Position numbers and translations under genes: made by a program. This document shows positions 24,101 through 36,830 of a stretch of DNA of 64,000 nt, one piece after another. Under the pieces are notes generated by a model. The model did not search any database and was not told the DNA's origin. It was given only the letters and a program-made list of their open reading frames with translations. Each line of letters begins with the position of its first letter. Within the stretch, counting starts at the first letter, position 1. Origin of the DNA: Okamejei kenojei. Lineage: Eukaryota. The stretch is from contig CM069145.1 of assembly GCA_035221665.1 (NCBI GenBank), positions 20,398,001 to 20,462,000 on the forward strand. The letters run 5' to 3'.

Positions 24101-25927
24101 CCAAACCATGAAATAATTCTGAAGGAAAACTTCTCAAATGCTTCTTCTTCTTGCGTATGGTGTGCACAGACTAAAGTTGTAGGACAACTCGTTCTATTTG
24201 ATCTTATTGGATTGCGCCAGCTGGGTTGATTGCATTCGTCGAAACAGGGCGGACCACGTGAAGATTGCAATCTTCCACCCTAAATACGAGTATAGAGTAT
24301 GCACTTCTTAAAAATAATCAACATTTGCAAGTTTACACTCGTATCAGGTAATTTTGTTAAATTTGAGAGCAGCCAATAAAAGTTGAGATTTGGTCACGGC
24401 TTGTGTTCATTTGGTTGTTCCCAACAATAGTGACAGTGAGAACACCGGAGTTAAGACATTGCCAATGGGATTGTTGAGGGGGAAAAAAAAATCACTTGCA
24501 GTTCCTGCTCCGGATCACCACTCAAATAGGCCTGCGGACAGTGAACCCATGTGGTGGCCAAGTGAAGACTGAACAGTGCTCCAACGTGCCATGCCAAGGC
24601 CAGTATCCTGATGACAGCCATGACGAATGGATGAAGGCAGGCTGATGTATAACTCACAACATAGCCATGCAGAAGATGAGTAGAAAAAAAACATCCAGAA
24701 AATGAGAAGGGAAATGTAATCCATGTCTGGCCATAATTCACTGTCTTTTGGAATATTTGTTTTGTAATTCTTCTGGCCAGGCTACTTACAGTTTTGGGAT
24801 GGTAGTCAGAGGAACTTCCACAGTACAAGTGACTACTACAGGTGTTGCATGGTGCAGATTGCCTTTTAAAATGGTAGAATACAATTCATTTCTTGGTTCA
24901 TGTTGCCGCACGATAGAGAAATCCATCTTCTGACCAAAATCGTGAACAGACTGCTAACTTCAGTATCTTCAGGATCCTGTGTCCACAAACAAAGGCAATT
25001 GATTCTCAGTTTAAAAAATATTAAGTTCATCCTAGATTATGAACAATGGATAACACTTATGTAGGAGACGGAAGTCCAAGCAGGAAAGCTGTGAATGGTG
25101 ATCAGATGTAGATACAGAGTTCTAGTTTGCGGATTTGCTAATTTAATCTCTGGGGTACAGAAGTGTCGGTTTTAATTCCCAAGTCATATCAAGCAAGGAG
25201 TTAGCAAAAGTCTATGAATTCCAGCTGTTGCTTTAAACTTGAAACCTTCGGAGCTGGAAGCAGTTTTACCACTCTTCGATTCAATAAGAACATGAACTTA
25301 TGAAGTCAATTTGTCTCTGATATTCTTATTTTAAACTAGATGGCTTCAGGTTGGGTTTTCATTTATCTCCAGTGATATAATTTCATCAGAAAAGGTTCAT
25401 CTTTGAAATTGAAGTGAACCGTGCCCATGCATAAGAAAGCTAGCAGGAAAATTGCAATATTTTAACATCAATTGACATTTCCGACAATTATTAAAGGGGG
25501 GGAAAAAAGTGCAAATTCTTCACAATCGTTTAGAATTCAAGTTGAAGGCCTGTACTTACTAGTAGATTTTTCACACATGCCAAATGGTAAAAGTCATAAT
25601 CATTTAAGTTCCTACATGGGTGTTATTCAAAATTAGTCAGTTAGTGGTGTCATAATATCGCGTGGTCACATGACACAATTCTTTTGTTGTGATTGGGTAA
25701 CTTTACTCGTTGTAAAATGTCTTGCTGCATCAGCACTTTTGCCAATTGCAATTCCTTTCCCTTGGGATATGATTGGCTAACTTCATGACCTCTTTATTTT
25801 TATTTTTGATGCATGTTTTTTTTTTGTTAGTCAGCAACCTATAATGGCGTTTTTATATTAGCCCACTCTTGACCTCGGAGATTTTCTGTTCTACTTTTGA
25901 GTTAACTGCTAATTTTAATAATTTCAG

Positions 25928-25982
25928 CACCGTCCAAAGAAGATGAATAAAGGGCCCACTCTCCTCTCGTGTGGAATTATGG
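25928..25982 (+). CDS. FAM53B: FAM53B 55-nt internal coding exon, HRPKKMNKGPTLLSCGIM(E)
   Basis: Acceptor tttcAG at 25926-25927 and donor GTAAGT at 25983 (phase 1). The peptide matches recalled human HTPKKMSQGPTLFSCGIM. Confidence 0.93.
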
Positions 25983-27124
25983 GTAAGTGTTGAAATGATT
26001 TACCAGTACCCATTTGTCTCAAATATTATCTTCCCTCATTTATTATTAAAGTGGGACCAGATTCAAAGAATAAAATTATGAAGGAGGATAATTTCATTGT
26101 CTTAATACAGCACAGAATATATTTTTTTCTGGAGATTGTGCTGTTTCCCATGTTTGTTAGTCATGGAAGATTTTCTGGGCACTAGGAATTTTAGTTCTGA
26201 ATTGAATAAATTAAACCCTTTAAACCATTTAGATCAGAGACTATATAACATGCAATGATATTACGGATACTTTGAGGAGCACATTCTTTGCGTGGAATAC
26301 ACAGTTTTGGCAACTCCTAACACAATGGGAAAAGAGGCCGTTTAAAATATAGAGTAACTTCACGGATCTTGCACCCCCAACAATGAACTGTGTTCGAAAG
26401 GAATGTGGATCATTATCAGAGCTACACTGTTACAGCAGCTAAACTGACATGCTTCCTTCAGATGAAATGCCCTACAGGGAGCACAGGATGTGGCAATTTA
26501 CTTTTATATGAGTCTGGGTTCCAGTCTCTGTCAACCCCTCCTCCCCCATTCTAATCCCAATTGCATTATGTCTTGATTAATGCACGGCCTTACAATTTTG
26601 AAAATAAAACGATACTTGAATCTGATACTTGTAAATGCAGCGAGCTGATTGTGTGCACGTGCTTGTACTGAGCTCTCCATAAAACCAGAGGCCAATGCTA
26701 TTAAATACTGTTTTTGTGGTCCAGGTATAAAAGTGGAAAGGGAGGACATTACATTGAATCCAGTTTCAAGAGGTATATTGAGTCAGCAGTCTGTTGAAAG
26801 GGACAAAGGGTGTAGCCATTGAAACCGTTAATTGAATGGGTAGAGGAATTTCCATCCTAAATAGTTCAAGAGCCATGGGATTGCTTCAGGCATGAACTGA
26901 ACTGATTCTCCTGATAGTGTGTGTGTGCATGCAGCATTGCCTTGGCCAGTGGACTGTAAATATGTAAAATACTGATCATGCCCAGACATATCTGCCTAAT
27001 ATAGGCACTGCTTGGGATAAAGCAAAAAAACCTTTGAGCTTATTGAAGTTTAATAAGTGTAAACTGCTGAAGCATTTTTTAATTCCATTTAATATATCAT
27101 GCGTGTTGTTTCCAATGAGTCAGT

Positions 27125-28065
27125 GTTACAGAGTAGAGAAACATGCCCTTTGGCTCAACTAGTCAATGCCAACCTAGGTGCCTTTCTTGAGCTAATCCCA
27201 TTTGCTTGCATTTAGCCAATATTGATCTAAAGGGCCTGTCCCACTTGCCGATTTTTTTTTTCGGCGACTGCCGGCGTCATATCAGGGTCGCCAATAGATT
27301 TTGGGCATTTCAAAATCCAGTGGCAACACTTGAGGAAACACCGTGCGCCAATACGTCGTCACGCCGCAACGTTTACCTGATACGTCAGTCAATGATGCCG
27401 GCAGTCGCCAAAAAAATCACCAAGTGTGACAGGCCCTTATGTCTTTCTTATTTGTGTCCCGATCTAAATGCCTCTTAACAGTTCCAATAGTATCTCACTC
27501 TGCTACTTCTTCTTCTGGCAGCTCATTCCATATACCCACCACCCTGTGTGTGGGAAAAACTTGCCTCTTGGGTCCCCATTAAATCTTTCCCCTCTCACCT
27601 TAAACCTATGTCCCCTAGTTTTAGACTCCCCTATCCTGGGAAAAAGACCATCCCCCTTAAACTCCTCGTGATTTTATAAATTTTAATGTCGCGCTTAACC
27701 ATCGCTCTAGGAAAACCAGTAGTTGCATATCCAGTCTCGCCATATAATTCAAGACAGCTAATCCCAGCAACATCTTTGGGAACATTTTCTTCGCCTTCTC
27801 TAGCTTAATCGCAATCTTCCTTATAGTATGGTGCCCAGATCTGCGCATGGTGTTTCAAGTACAGTCTCTCCAACATCTTGTGCAGCTCTGACATGGTGTC
27901 CCAACTCTTGTACTCAATGCTCCATCCAATGAAGGCAAGTAGGCCAAATACTGCCTTCACTACCTTATCCAGCTGCATTGCCAACCTCAGGAAGCTATGT
28001 ACTCGTAACCCTATAACACTCTGTTCTATAACATTCCATGGTATCCTGTCATTTACTATACAATT
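27125..28065 (-). mobile_element. Old CR1 3' region (interrupted by the MITE)
   Basis: Minus-strand LDKVVKAVFGLLAFIGWSIEYKSWDTM...QIWAPYYK plus a CR1 3' UTR. Confidence 0.8.
27231..27437. mobile_element. 207-bp PIF/Harbinger-like MITE
   Basis: ~50-bp TIRs (AGGGCCTGTCCCACTTG...GGCGACTGCCGGCGTCAT / ATGATGCCGGCAGTCGCC...CAAGTGTGACAGGCCCT) with flanks TAA / TAT. It is inserted in an old CR1 3' end. Confidence 0.85.
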
Positions 28066-28067
28066 CT

Positions 28068-28580
28068 TAGAAATATAGAAAATAGGTGCAGGATAGGCCA
28101 TTTGGCCCTTCGAGCCAGCACCGCTGATCATCCAAAATCACCACCCTGTTCCTGCTTTTTCCCCATATCCCTTGATTCATTTAGCTCTAAGAGCTAAATC
28201 TAACTCTCTTGAAAACATTCAGGGAATTGGCCTCCACTGCCTTCTGTGGCAGAGAATTTCACGGATTCACAACTCTCTGGGTGAAAACGTTTTTCCTCAT
28301 CTCAGTCCTAAATGGCCTACCCCTTATTCTTAAACTGTGACCCCCAGGTTCTGGACTCCCCCAACATCGGAAACATTTTTCCTGCATCTAGCCTGTCCAA
28401 TCTGTTAAGAATTGTACCTGTTTCTATAAGATATCCTCTTATCCTTCTAAATTCCAGTGAATACAAGCCTAGTCGACCCATTCTTTCATCATAAGTCAGT
28501 CCCACCATCCTGGGAATTAACTTGGCGAGCCTACGCTGCACTCCCTCAATAGCAAGAATGTCCATCCTCAAATTAGACCA
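28068..28580 (-). mobile_element. CR1 3' end (younger subfamily)
   Basis: DILAIEGVQRR...RLGLYSLEFRRIRG...LDRLDAGKMFPMLGESRT, with tail tagaaatatagaaaatagg. Confidence 0.9.
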
Positions 28581-29974
28581 TTTAAGGTACTGCAAGTGAC
28601 ATTATTGCTATGAGTAACAACCTTGATGGTATGTAGCAGAGCACTGTCTTATATTTTGAGTCGCCATTGGTAGAATATGTACTGGCACCATGTCCCATGT
28701 GGTCTTTGAGGCTGCGATAACAAGGCGAGATAACTTCACCACCCTCTTGACTTCCGAATGATGCATGGCTTTGAGAAAAATCCATTAAAAATTGTGGTAT
28801 ATACAAAAAAGTGTAGAGTATTGCAGACTTTTTCTCCATCTGTGCATTTTATACTATTATTTTACCAACTGCAATCACCGAAGGTGGCCAAGAGTTTCTA
28901 ACACCTCTTTATTCACTAGGTTTCTTTTCATCAGTATAAATATTAATCAGTTCACATTCCCTTCCATTTATAAGTTACCCTGCTGCTCCTCATTAAAGCA
29001 TTCCTTACAGGAAAATTGACAAGCTTCTGCCAACCTATACTTTTAAAGTGAGGAACCAGTGCGAGTTACTTGTAGAAAGCAATGGTAATAACTAACTTTC
29101 CATAGTGACAAGTGTATTGGAGTGGTATCAGAAATATAGTCTGCTTTTGGTTTCGTTTTTACGGCTTGCTTAATTTTTAACTATCCTGTTCTAAGTTTTT
29201 AACAAAGTTCATCCGGCTTGAAAATTAGAAATTAATGTTAAGGTTTGTGCCAAGACATTTTTTCCCCCAAATTAAATGCCTTTTACACACGTTGACAATA
29301 CTCAGCTTCTGAAATGGGTTGTTTCCTTGCACACAGCAAATGCCACCACATTGCCGAGAAGATAGAACACAGATTTCCCTGGAATGGCATGTTTTTATCA
29401 TTCCCATATGGGAATGTCTTGTGGAATTCCAACCTTTTTATTTTTATTTTTTTGTATAAATACGGGTGGGAACAGGTGGAGTCACTTTCCTTGTGTAAAC
29501 ACGGTGGAAATCCAATGCAAATTATTGAATCAAAGAGCCTGCCCGTTGACAGTGGTTACTGGGGCAACAATGGCAACAGTTGTCAATGCAAAATAATGAA
29601 TGGCTACACATTGAACATATTGTAAAATTGATAGATATGATTGAACTTATTTAAAGTGGGGCTGGAGGTGGTGGAATCCATTTTCATACTTAGTAGATTC
29701 TGATGGGAAGGAGGCTAATGGGTTTGCACCAGTTTGTGCTACCTCACAAAAAAGAGTATGACTGACTCTCATTTTAGATTCCTCTGCAATCAGGGCTGGT
29801 GCCTCTTAGCATTACTGCTTGCATGGAGAACATGCTGATACCTTGTAGACCATGTGCTTACTCAATCTGTTCCTTGTACATTTGACCATTTATCATCTGA
29901 GTGCTATTTGTGCTGGAGATGAATGAGCTAATATATGCCAACTATATTGGACCCTGCTCTCCAATTTCATTTCA

Positions 29975-30270
29975 TTCAGTTTAGAGGTACAGCATGGAAA
30001 TAGGTCCTTCGGCCCACTGAGTTCACGCTGATCAGCGATCACCCATTTACACTAGTTCTAGTTATCCCACTTTTGGATCCACTCCTTGGGCAATTTACAG
30101 AGGCCAATTATTGCATACCTTTGGTGAGGAAACCAGAGCACCTGGAGGAAACCCGCACAATCACAGGGACAACAAGTGCAAACTCCACACAGACAGCACA
30201 CGAGGCCAGGATTGAACCCGGGTCTCTGGAGCCGTGAGGCAGCGGCAGCACCTGCACCACTTTGCCACCC
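29975..30270 (-). mobile_element. HE1-like V-SINE
   Basis: B box gggttcaatcc, V-domain gctgtctgtgtggagtttgcac and CR1-like tail on the minus strand. Confidence 0.85.
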
Positions 30271-33200
30271 TTTCCCGCTACCTCTCGCAACTTTGCTTGC
30301 CATCTTCACACTTCCTAAACTGTGTTATCTCTAAATCTTGAGACAAAGTTCTATATACAGAGGAGAAAGGGAAAGGAGATGGTTATCACAACACAATCCT
30401 TCATATATCTTCACATTTGGCCGTTGTGCTAAGGAATGGAAGCTGCTGGCAATATCTTAGATATAAGAGAAAGTGGGGGGAACTTATTAGCCTAACCTCA
30501 AGCCAGACCATGCAAGGATGCCAGATCTTTTCCTCATTTGGACAATCAGATATAATTTTAAGATAGGGTTCCAGATTGTGAATAAACTTAAGTTCCACAT
30601 TCATGCTAAGAGTTGAACTTGCATCTTGAGATTTACTTTGGGCCTTTGGATCTGTGGATATATGGTTAACATTTACATGCTAACTATTTCCCCCTATGTA
30701 CCACCGACTCTATATTAACCTTCGATTAACCCCTCTGATCGTTTTGGCAAAATATAAAAACATTCTGTACTCTCACCAACACTCTCTTTCATCATAATCA
30801 GGAAATTTTTATTAAAGGCATTTATATGGCATTATATTACATGTGCCATTTGAAAGTTTACATGCAAAACATTTACTGTATTTCTATATCAATGCAACTT
30901 ACATTTCCTTAAAGAATTATATTGTGGTTTATATAATTTGTGCTAGTTGCCTGATACGGGGAATATTGTTGAAACAATAGTAATCCAGAGGCTTGGACTA
31001 AACGTCCAGTGACATGAGCTCAACTATTAGCATGGCACCTGTGGGATTTACATCTGTTAATAATCACAAACCTGGTCTTAGTATTATATCTGAATCTCTA
31101 AGATTCTAACAGGGAGGAGATCTGTCAACTTTACATGCTCTGCCTTGATGTTGGGCTGAAGGGTTCCCCACTTTCTCTTTCCACTCAGATATTGCCAGCA
31201 GCTTCCATTCCTTTAGTGCAGTGTCCAAATGTGAGGATGAATGAAGGACTGTCAAGACCATCTTCTTTTCCTCTTCTCTCTGTAACCCGTCAAGACATGA
31301 CATTTATTTTACTTAAGTTTCACTAACTTTCACTGCACCATATTTTTTTAAAAGCAGTTTTCCTAATATTGCTGCTCTTTCCCTTTCAACCATTCTAATT
31401 CAATAGTTTTGTTTTAACCACATTCAGCGATTTCACAGTTACTATTACTAAGACCAACATTAAGATTGAACATTCCAGAATTATTTGATTAATGGAATTT
31501 AAATTTTCCAACTACCATGGTAGTTCTTGAACCAATGACTTCAAACTCTGCCTGCTAGTTTACTAACTTACCAACTGCTCCACTATACTCGCATTACTGG
31601 AGCATTCAGGAACATTGATCATTGACAAGCCCAGATGAAGGGGTAGACCTCTCATAGGTGACACAATTCATTCTCTCTGAGCTCTAGTGAATCTGTTGTA
31701 TGCAAGTTGCTGTAAAAGGCAGCGTGCCCTGCCTTTACCACTAGGAAGAATAGGGGAAATGTGCCAGAACCTTAAATAATTATTTTCAGTCACAATGCAG
31801 AAACATAAAAGGCTGCCATGGAGACAAAGAAATACACTGGAAATACATCACTGGACTGAACCCCAACACTCTGCAGTCCCTCATCCTCACAGATTGGATC
31901 TTATGCTGAGAGTAGCTTTACCCCGTGAGGCATGAGATCATTAACCAGGCAGAGTTCACAGCTTGCCTCTGCTGTGCATGATTTTGTTCATTCCTTCTCC
32001 TTGCCAACATGCTGCAGGGTTCGCTCCTTGTTTTACTAAGATTTGAAAACGAAGATCCTAGGTGTCATATTATAACTCGGTTAGTAAGAGGGGAATGAGT
32101 GTCATGCATGTTGATGATGTTATCACCTGTGTGAATGTTGCCAGCAAAATAAAATCAACTTAATTAAGATGTGTGAGGTCAAGAATACCTACCTAATACC
32201 TGTCAATACCTGCTGTTAGAGACTGCCTCTGGAAAAACTGTGCATCAAATTTCTTTGCTGATATTTGCTTATTTTTGTTAAGAATGTTTTGGATATTTCT
32301 GTCTGGAATTATGTACAAATTTTGTTCACATTTTTACAATGAAAACTGGGGTAAAAAAAATATATATATACCTTAACTTTTCTCTATCTAAATTTTTGAG
32401 ACTCATTTTAAGTTCACCTGAACTTCCAATGCTCCCCTTCATTTTTATTCTCATTCCACTCATGTTCTGGTGTCCAGAGAGGTGAATAAACCTTACAGGC
32501 AACTTTCTCAATAAAATTGAATAAAGTTATCAGCAAAAGCGTCGTCATTTGCTTATATTTTGGGTTTTGTAGTTTACTATCGTGCTATTGGATCTGCACA
32601 TCTAAACACAGAACTCACAAATCACGGAGTATGTTGATATATGATTAACAACACTTCTGGAAAAATTCAGGAGATGGCAACTGCTGTGGTTCCTGTCCTG
32701 CTTCTCAAAGCCAACAAATATTTCATTTCTCCATAGTTTGTCAGTTGCACAATTGGCCAATTTTTCTCTGTCAAATAACGCAACAGATGTTTTGTGGGAC
32801 ATGGAATGAAATAGTGGCCTGGTAATTTTAGTCGTCAGTCGTTGCTTTGTTTTTATTCCTCTTTGTTTCTCCTCCTCCTGACTTCATCAGCAGTTCTGCA
32901 ACTGTTTTAGCAGCTTCTGAAAGGCCAAAACCTTCAAGGAAAATCTGAATCATAGTGGTGAATAGGTTGGCTCAATCTCCAGCAATGCAAAGAAATGCTG
33001 TATTCCCAATGAATCTTTTTCTAGTTGCTTACCATGTGTTAACTTGAATTCCAAAGTATCATTAGCCTCCCTACCTCTATTTTTGGGCGATCTGTTAAAA
33101 ATTTCCAGTTTTCTCTCTCCCTTTTAACTTAAGTTTTGATACACTTTTGAGTTTACTCTTGATGTCTTCCAACCTGTGGAGATTGTTGTAGAATCTATGG

Positions 33201-33559
33201 AATTTTGTAAGGTGACTGTGCCAACCATTTCCATAATCACTCTCTTGTGAGCCCCAAGATGATGGTCATCTAGCCCTGGGAATTCATCCATTAATTTATC
33301 TAGTATTCATTTTTTCCACTAATGTCAATTTCTTTGAGCCCCTTATTCATTCAAAACTATAGTTCTCCACCATCTTCTTCCATGTTATGTGAAAGACACT
33401 TATTTAATATTTCAGCTCATTCTTTGCTCTGCAACATAATTTGTTCTGACTCCATCTGTAAAAGTACCACATTAATTTTTGCTATTTCCTTTCCTTTTTT
33501 ACATGTCGGACTATTGTAGTCTGTTTTATTTCTCACTAGATTACCCTCATTTTCAACTA

Positions 33560-33900
33560 TCACTTTTCTTTTTTTTAAATTATTTTTATTAGAAGCAATT
33601 GTACAAGAATAAAACATTTGGCATGTAAAATTATACAATTATTGTACTGCTTCAATTTTGACCTTTTAACCTGAAAATGAGGGAAAAGAAGAGAGAAAGA
33701 ACAAGAGAGGGAAAAAGTGAAAAGTGAAAAGATAGTACCCCTAGACTACCAAAGTAGTGTGGCCAAAGAGTGAATAAAGATATAAGAGAGGAAAAGGAAG
33801 AAAAAAAAAAGAAAAAAGGAAAAAAGTGGAGATATACCTGCCCCTCGTCCCCACCCCGACCACCTCACCCAACCCATAGTTGGATTTAGATAGATGGTCA
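33560..33900 (-). mobile_element. Probable L1/Tx1-type 3' end with poly(A) tail
   Basis: T-run followed by tttattag (inverse AATAAA) and a purine-rich UTR-like tract. No ORF support. Confidence 0.4.
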
Positions 33901-33964
33901 TCTATCCCTTTTCTTATCGTCAACTTGGTCCTTCTATGTCGAATTCTGAAATGTTCCCTGTTCT

Positions 33965-34440
33965 CAGATTACCGCCTTTCTTGGGAATGTTATAAGTCTG
34001 CACAACGATGAGATCAGGCATTGACCCGGCAACTGTTTCACCAAATACTTGTACTTAGTACGTCAAGGCCGACTTGATCTCATGGTTGCTAACCATTTTA
34101 ACTCCTTTTCTCACACCTATTTCACTCCTCCTCCTCCCCTTCCATCTACATTCCTTTCTCTAGCTTCACAATTCACAACTCTTCAATCCTTTTGTCTTTT
34201 CATCTCAAACCTTTGTCCAACCATCTGCCTATCAGAAATCTCCCTCATCCATACTTACCTATTACCTGCCAGACTTTGTCCTGCTCCTCTCTTCCTGTTT
34301 TCTCCCCCCGCCCCCTAACAGTCTGAAGAAGGGACTCGACCCGAAATGTCACCTATCCATGTTTTCCAGAGATGCTGCATTAGTTGCTGAGTTACTCCAG
34401 TACTTTTCTTTTTGCAAACCAGCATCTGCAGTTCCCTGTT
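33965..34440 (+). mobile_element. Penelope-like element 3' fragment
   Basis: VRQGRLDLMVANHFNSFSH (GIY-YIG remnant), a pyrimidine tract, and CTGAAGAAGGGACTCGACCCGAAATGTC at 34323. Confidence 0.8.
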
Positions 34441-35282
34441 TCTACTCTCCTTAACTTATTTTGATATCCAAAGGTTCTTGAAAGTTTGCCATTGCTTATT
34501 TACAAGATGGAGGATTAAAAAAGCCATTCAGCTTGACTTGTCTATGCTGATCAAGTTGTCCTTCTACGCATGTCCCACGCCCATTTTGGACACACATTCA
34601 TCTAAAACCTTCCTATCCATGTACCTATCCAAATTATTTAAAATGTTCTTATAGCTGCCTCAATCATTTCTTCCCGTAGTTCGTGCCATATACATACCAA
34701 CTCATCTGTGAAAAAGCCACCCCTTCAGTTCTTGTTAAATCTCCCCCACTCACTTTAAACCAATGCCTTCTAATCCTTGATTCTCGAACCGTGGGGAAAA
34801 AGGTTGTGTGCATTCACTCTCTGTTTGTGTAGTTTCCAATTATGCACAACCAGAGCACACAACTTGCTTTCGTAGTTTGCCTTGGTTAGATTTAATACCA
34901 TAATTAACCTTTTCTTTCATGCACAATGCTAGATGTGCAATGGACTGTTTCTGCTTTGATTTCTGATCCAGGAAACCATTACTTATGCACTTGATGAATT
35001 CATCCCTCACACTTCCACCAGGAATTTGATTTGCCGGCTTACATATACATTAAAGTCCCTGTGATTCTTTAATTCCCTTGGTTACTACACCCTAAGATGA
35101 CCACTCCTGTTTTTAGCGTCTACATGCAACTCCTGCCAAAGTTGTTTGACTTTTGCCATCTCTTATCTTCACCCAAGCTTCTTTTAATTGATATTTTTGA
35201 GTCTGGATTTTTTCTCTTTGCTCTCTTTATTCTGTTACAGTAATACGGCAATTACGGCATACCTGACTCCTTTTTCAATTTG

Positions 35283-35540
35283 GACACAAAATGCTGGAGT
35301 AACTCTGGAGAGGCAGCATCTCTGGAGAGAAGGAATGGGTGACGTTTCGGGTCGAGACCCTTCTTCAGCCTGATGTCAGGGGAGTGGGCGGGACAGAGAT
35401 AGAATGTAGTCGGAGACAGTAAGACTGGGTGGGAGAACTGGGAAGGGGGAGATTGTGGAGAGGGAGGGAAAGCAAGGGCTATTTGAAGTTAGAGGTCAAT
35501 GTTCATACCACTGGGGTGTAAGCTACCCAAGCAAAATATT
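35283..35540 (-). mobile_element. Penelope-like element 3' fragment with perfect hammerhead core (35368-35341)
   Basis: Inverse of CTGAAGAAGGGTCTCGACCCGAAACGTC, preceded by IFCLGSLHPSGMNID-like coding remnant. Confidence 0.85.
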
Positions 35541-35731
35541 TTCTATTTTGCCCATCTCTTCTAAAAAATACAAGTATCCTAGAATATTGAATTCCCAGCA
35601 TTGATCATTTGTTTTTATTATGAATGCAGTATGCATTCAGATAAAGATCCTTTAAATGTGTCTTTGTACCACATCTCCTTGCTCTGACTCGAGCACAAGG
35701 TATACTCACTTGTTCATATGCAATGTTAGTT

Positions 35732-35862
35732 CTGAAGAAGGGTCTCGACCCGAAACGTCACCCATTCCTTCTCTCCAGACATGCTGCCTGTCCTGCTGAG
35801 TTACTCCAGCATTTTGTGTCTACCTTCGATTTAAACCAGCATCTGCAGTTCTTTCCTGCACA
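35732..35862 (+). ncRNA. Penelope terminal-repeat fragment with minimal type I hammerhead ribozyme core (predicted cleavage after GUC at 35759)
   Basis: CUGAAGA, stem II GGGU-CUCG-ACCC, GAAA, palindromic ACGU stem III, UC. Stem I is weak and activity is unproven. Confidence 0.6.
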
Positions 35863-35949
35863 TTTTGTCCTGGTACACTCCAGTTATCGGCACTACCTTG
35901 CTGAAAAGCTTTGTCCTTTCTCTTTAACTTCATAGATTTCACATACCAG

Positions 35950-36830
35950 ACCATTTCCTACTCCCCTCCCTAGGAATTTGTTTAAAATCATATCATTGTT
36001 ATTAGTTCATATCATAGATGTCGTTATTCGATTAGCTGAGGCGCTAGCTCTTGCCTGATTAAATTGAAACTCGATCCAATGGAACCGTTTTCCCAGTATA
36101 AGTGCCAGTGTCCCGTGAAATGAAACACACTTCTCCCACTCCAATCTATTGAGTCTCACATTCAATTCTCTAATCCAATTTACCCATTGCCAGTTTATAC
36201 GAGGCTCAATTGTGTGGCAATCCAAAGGTTATTACCTTTGTTGATTTGGACCCTTAACTGCTTATTCTCCTTCAGCAGAGCCTTTGTTCTACTCTCCCAG
36301 CCAACACATTAGTTCCGCAAGGATCACAATAATTTGTCTTTCCCTTCCCGCTCCAATCTCCTCTCCAGCTCTGAGGAGATACCCTTACTCCTGGCACCTC
36401 GCAGCTAGTAACACCTTTGAGATTCATACTCGCATCTAACCTTAATGTCCTCTCTTTCATTCCCCTTTGTTGAATGGCTCCCTAACCACAGTACTCTTGT
36501 CCACACAGGTTGCAAGAACTTTGTATGTATCGGACAAATTGAAGCACTGACCATTGTTACTTTCTCGTCCCAATACCTGCCACACGTTGCCACACCATGT
36601 TATCCTTCTTGATTGATCAGTTCTACGGTATTCAACCTAAAGGTTGTGACCGCCTCCTGGAATGAAGCTACCAGATAACTTTCCCCTTCACTGATGCAAT
36701 GCAGTGTCTAAATTTTGGACATCAACTCTGAGCCAATGTTGATTATATCTGCAGCCATGTGCTGCAGATATAATCATCTTAAATCCCAATCATTTCCATC
36801 AATCCCCTCTTGTGACAATTGAAGTACATC
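35950..36830 (-). mobile_element. Old CR1 ORF1 (SGNH esterase-like) remnant
   Basis: Minus-strand remnants CEVPGVRV (cf. CLPGARV), CGTNV (cf. HVGTND) and KVITFGLP (cf. KVIISGLLP). Confidence 0.55.
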
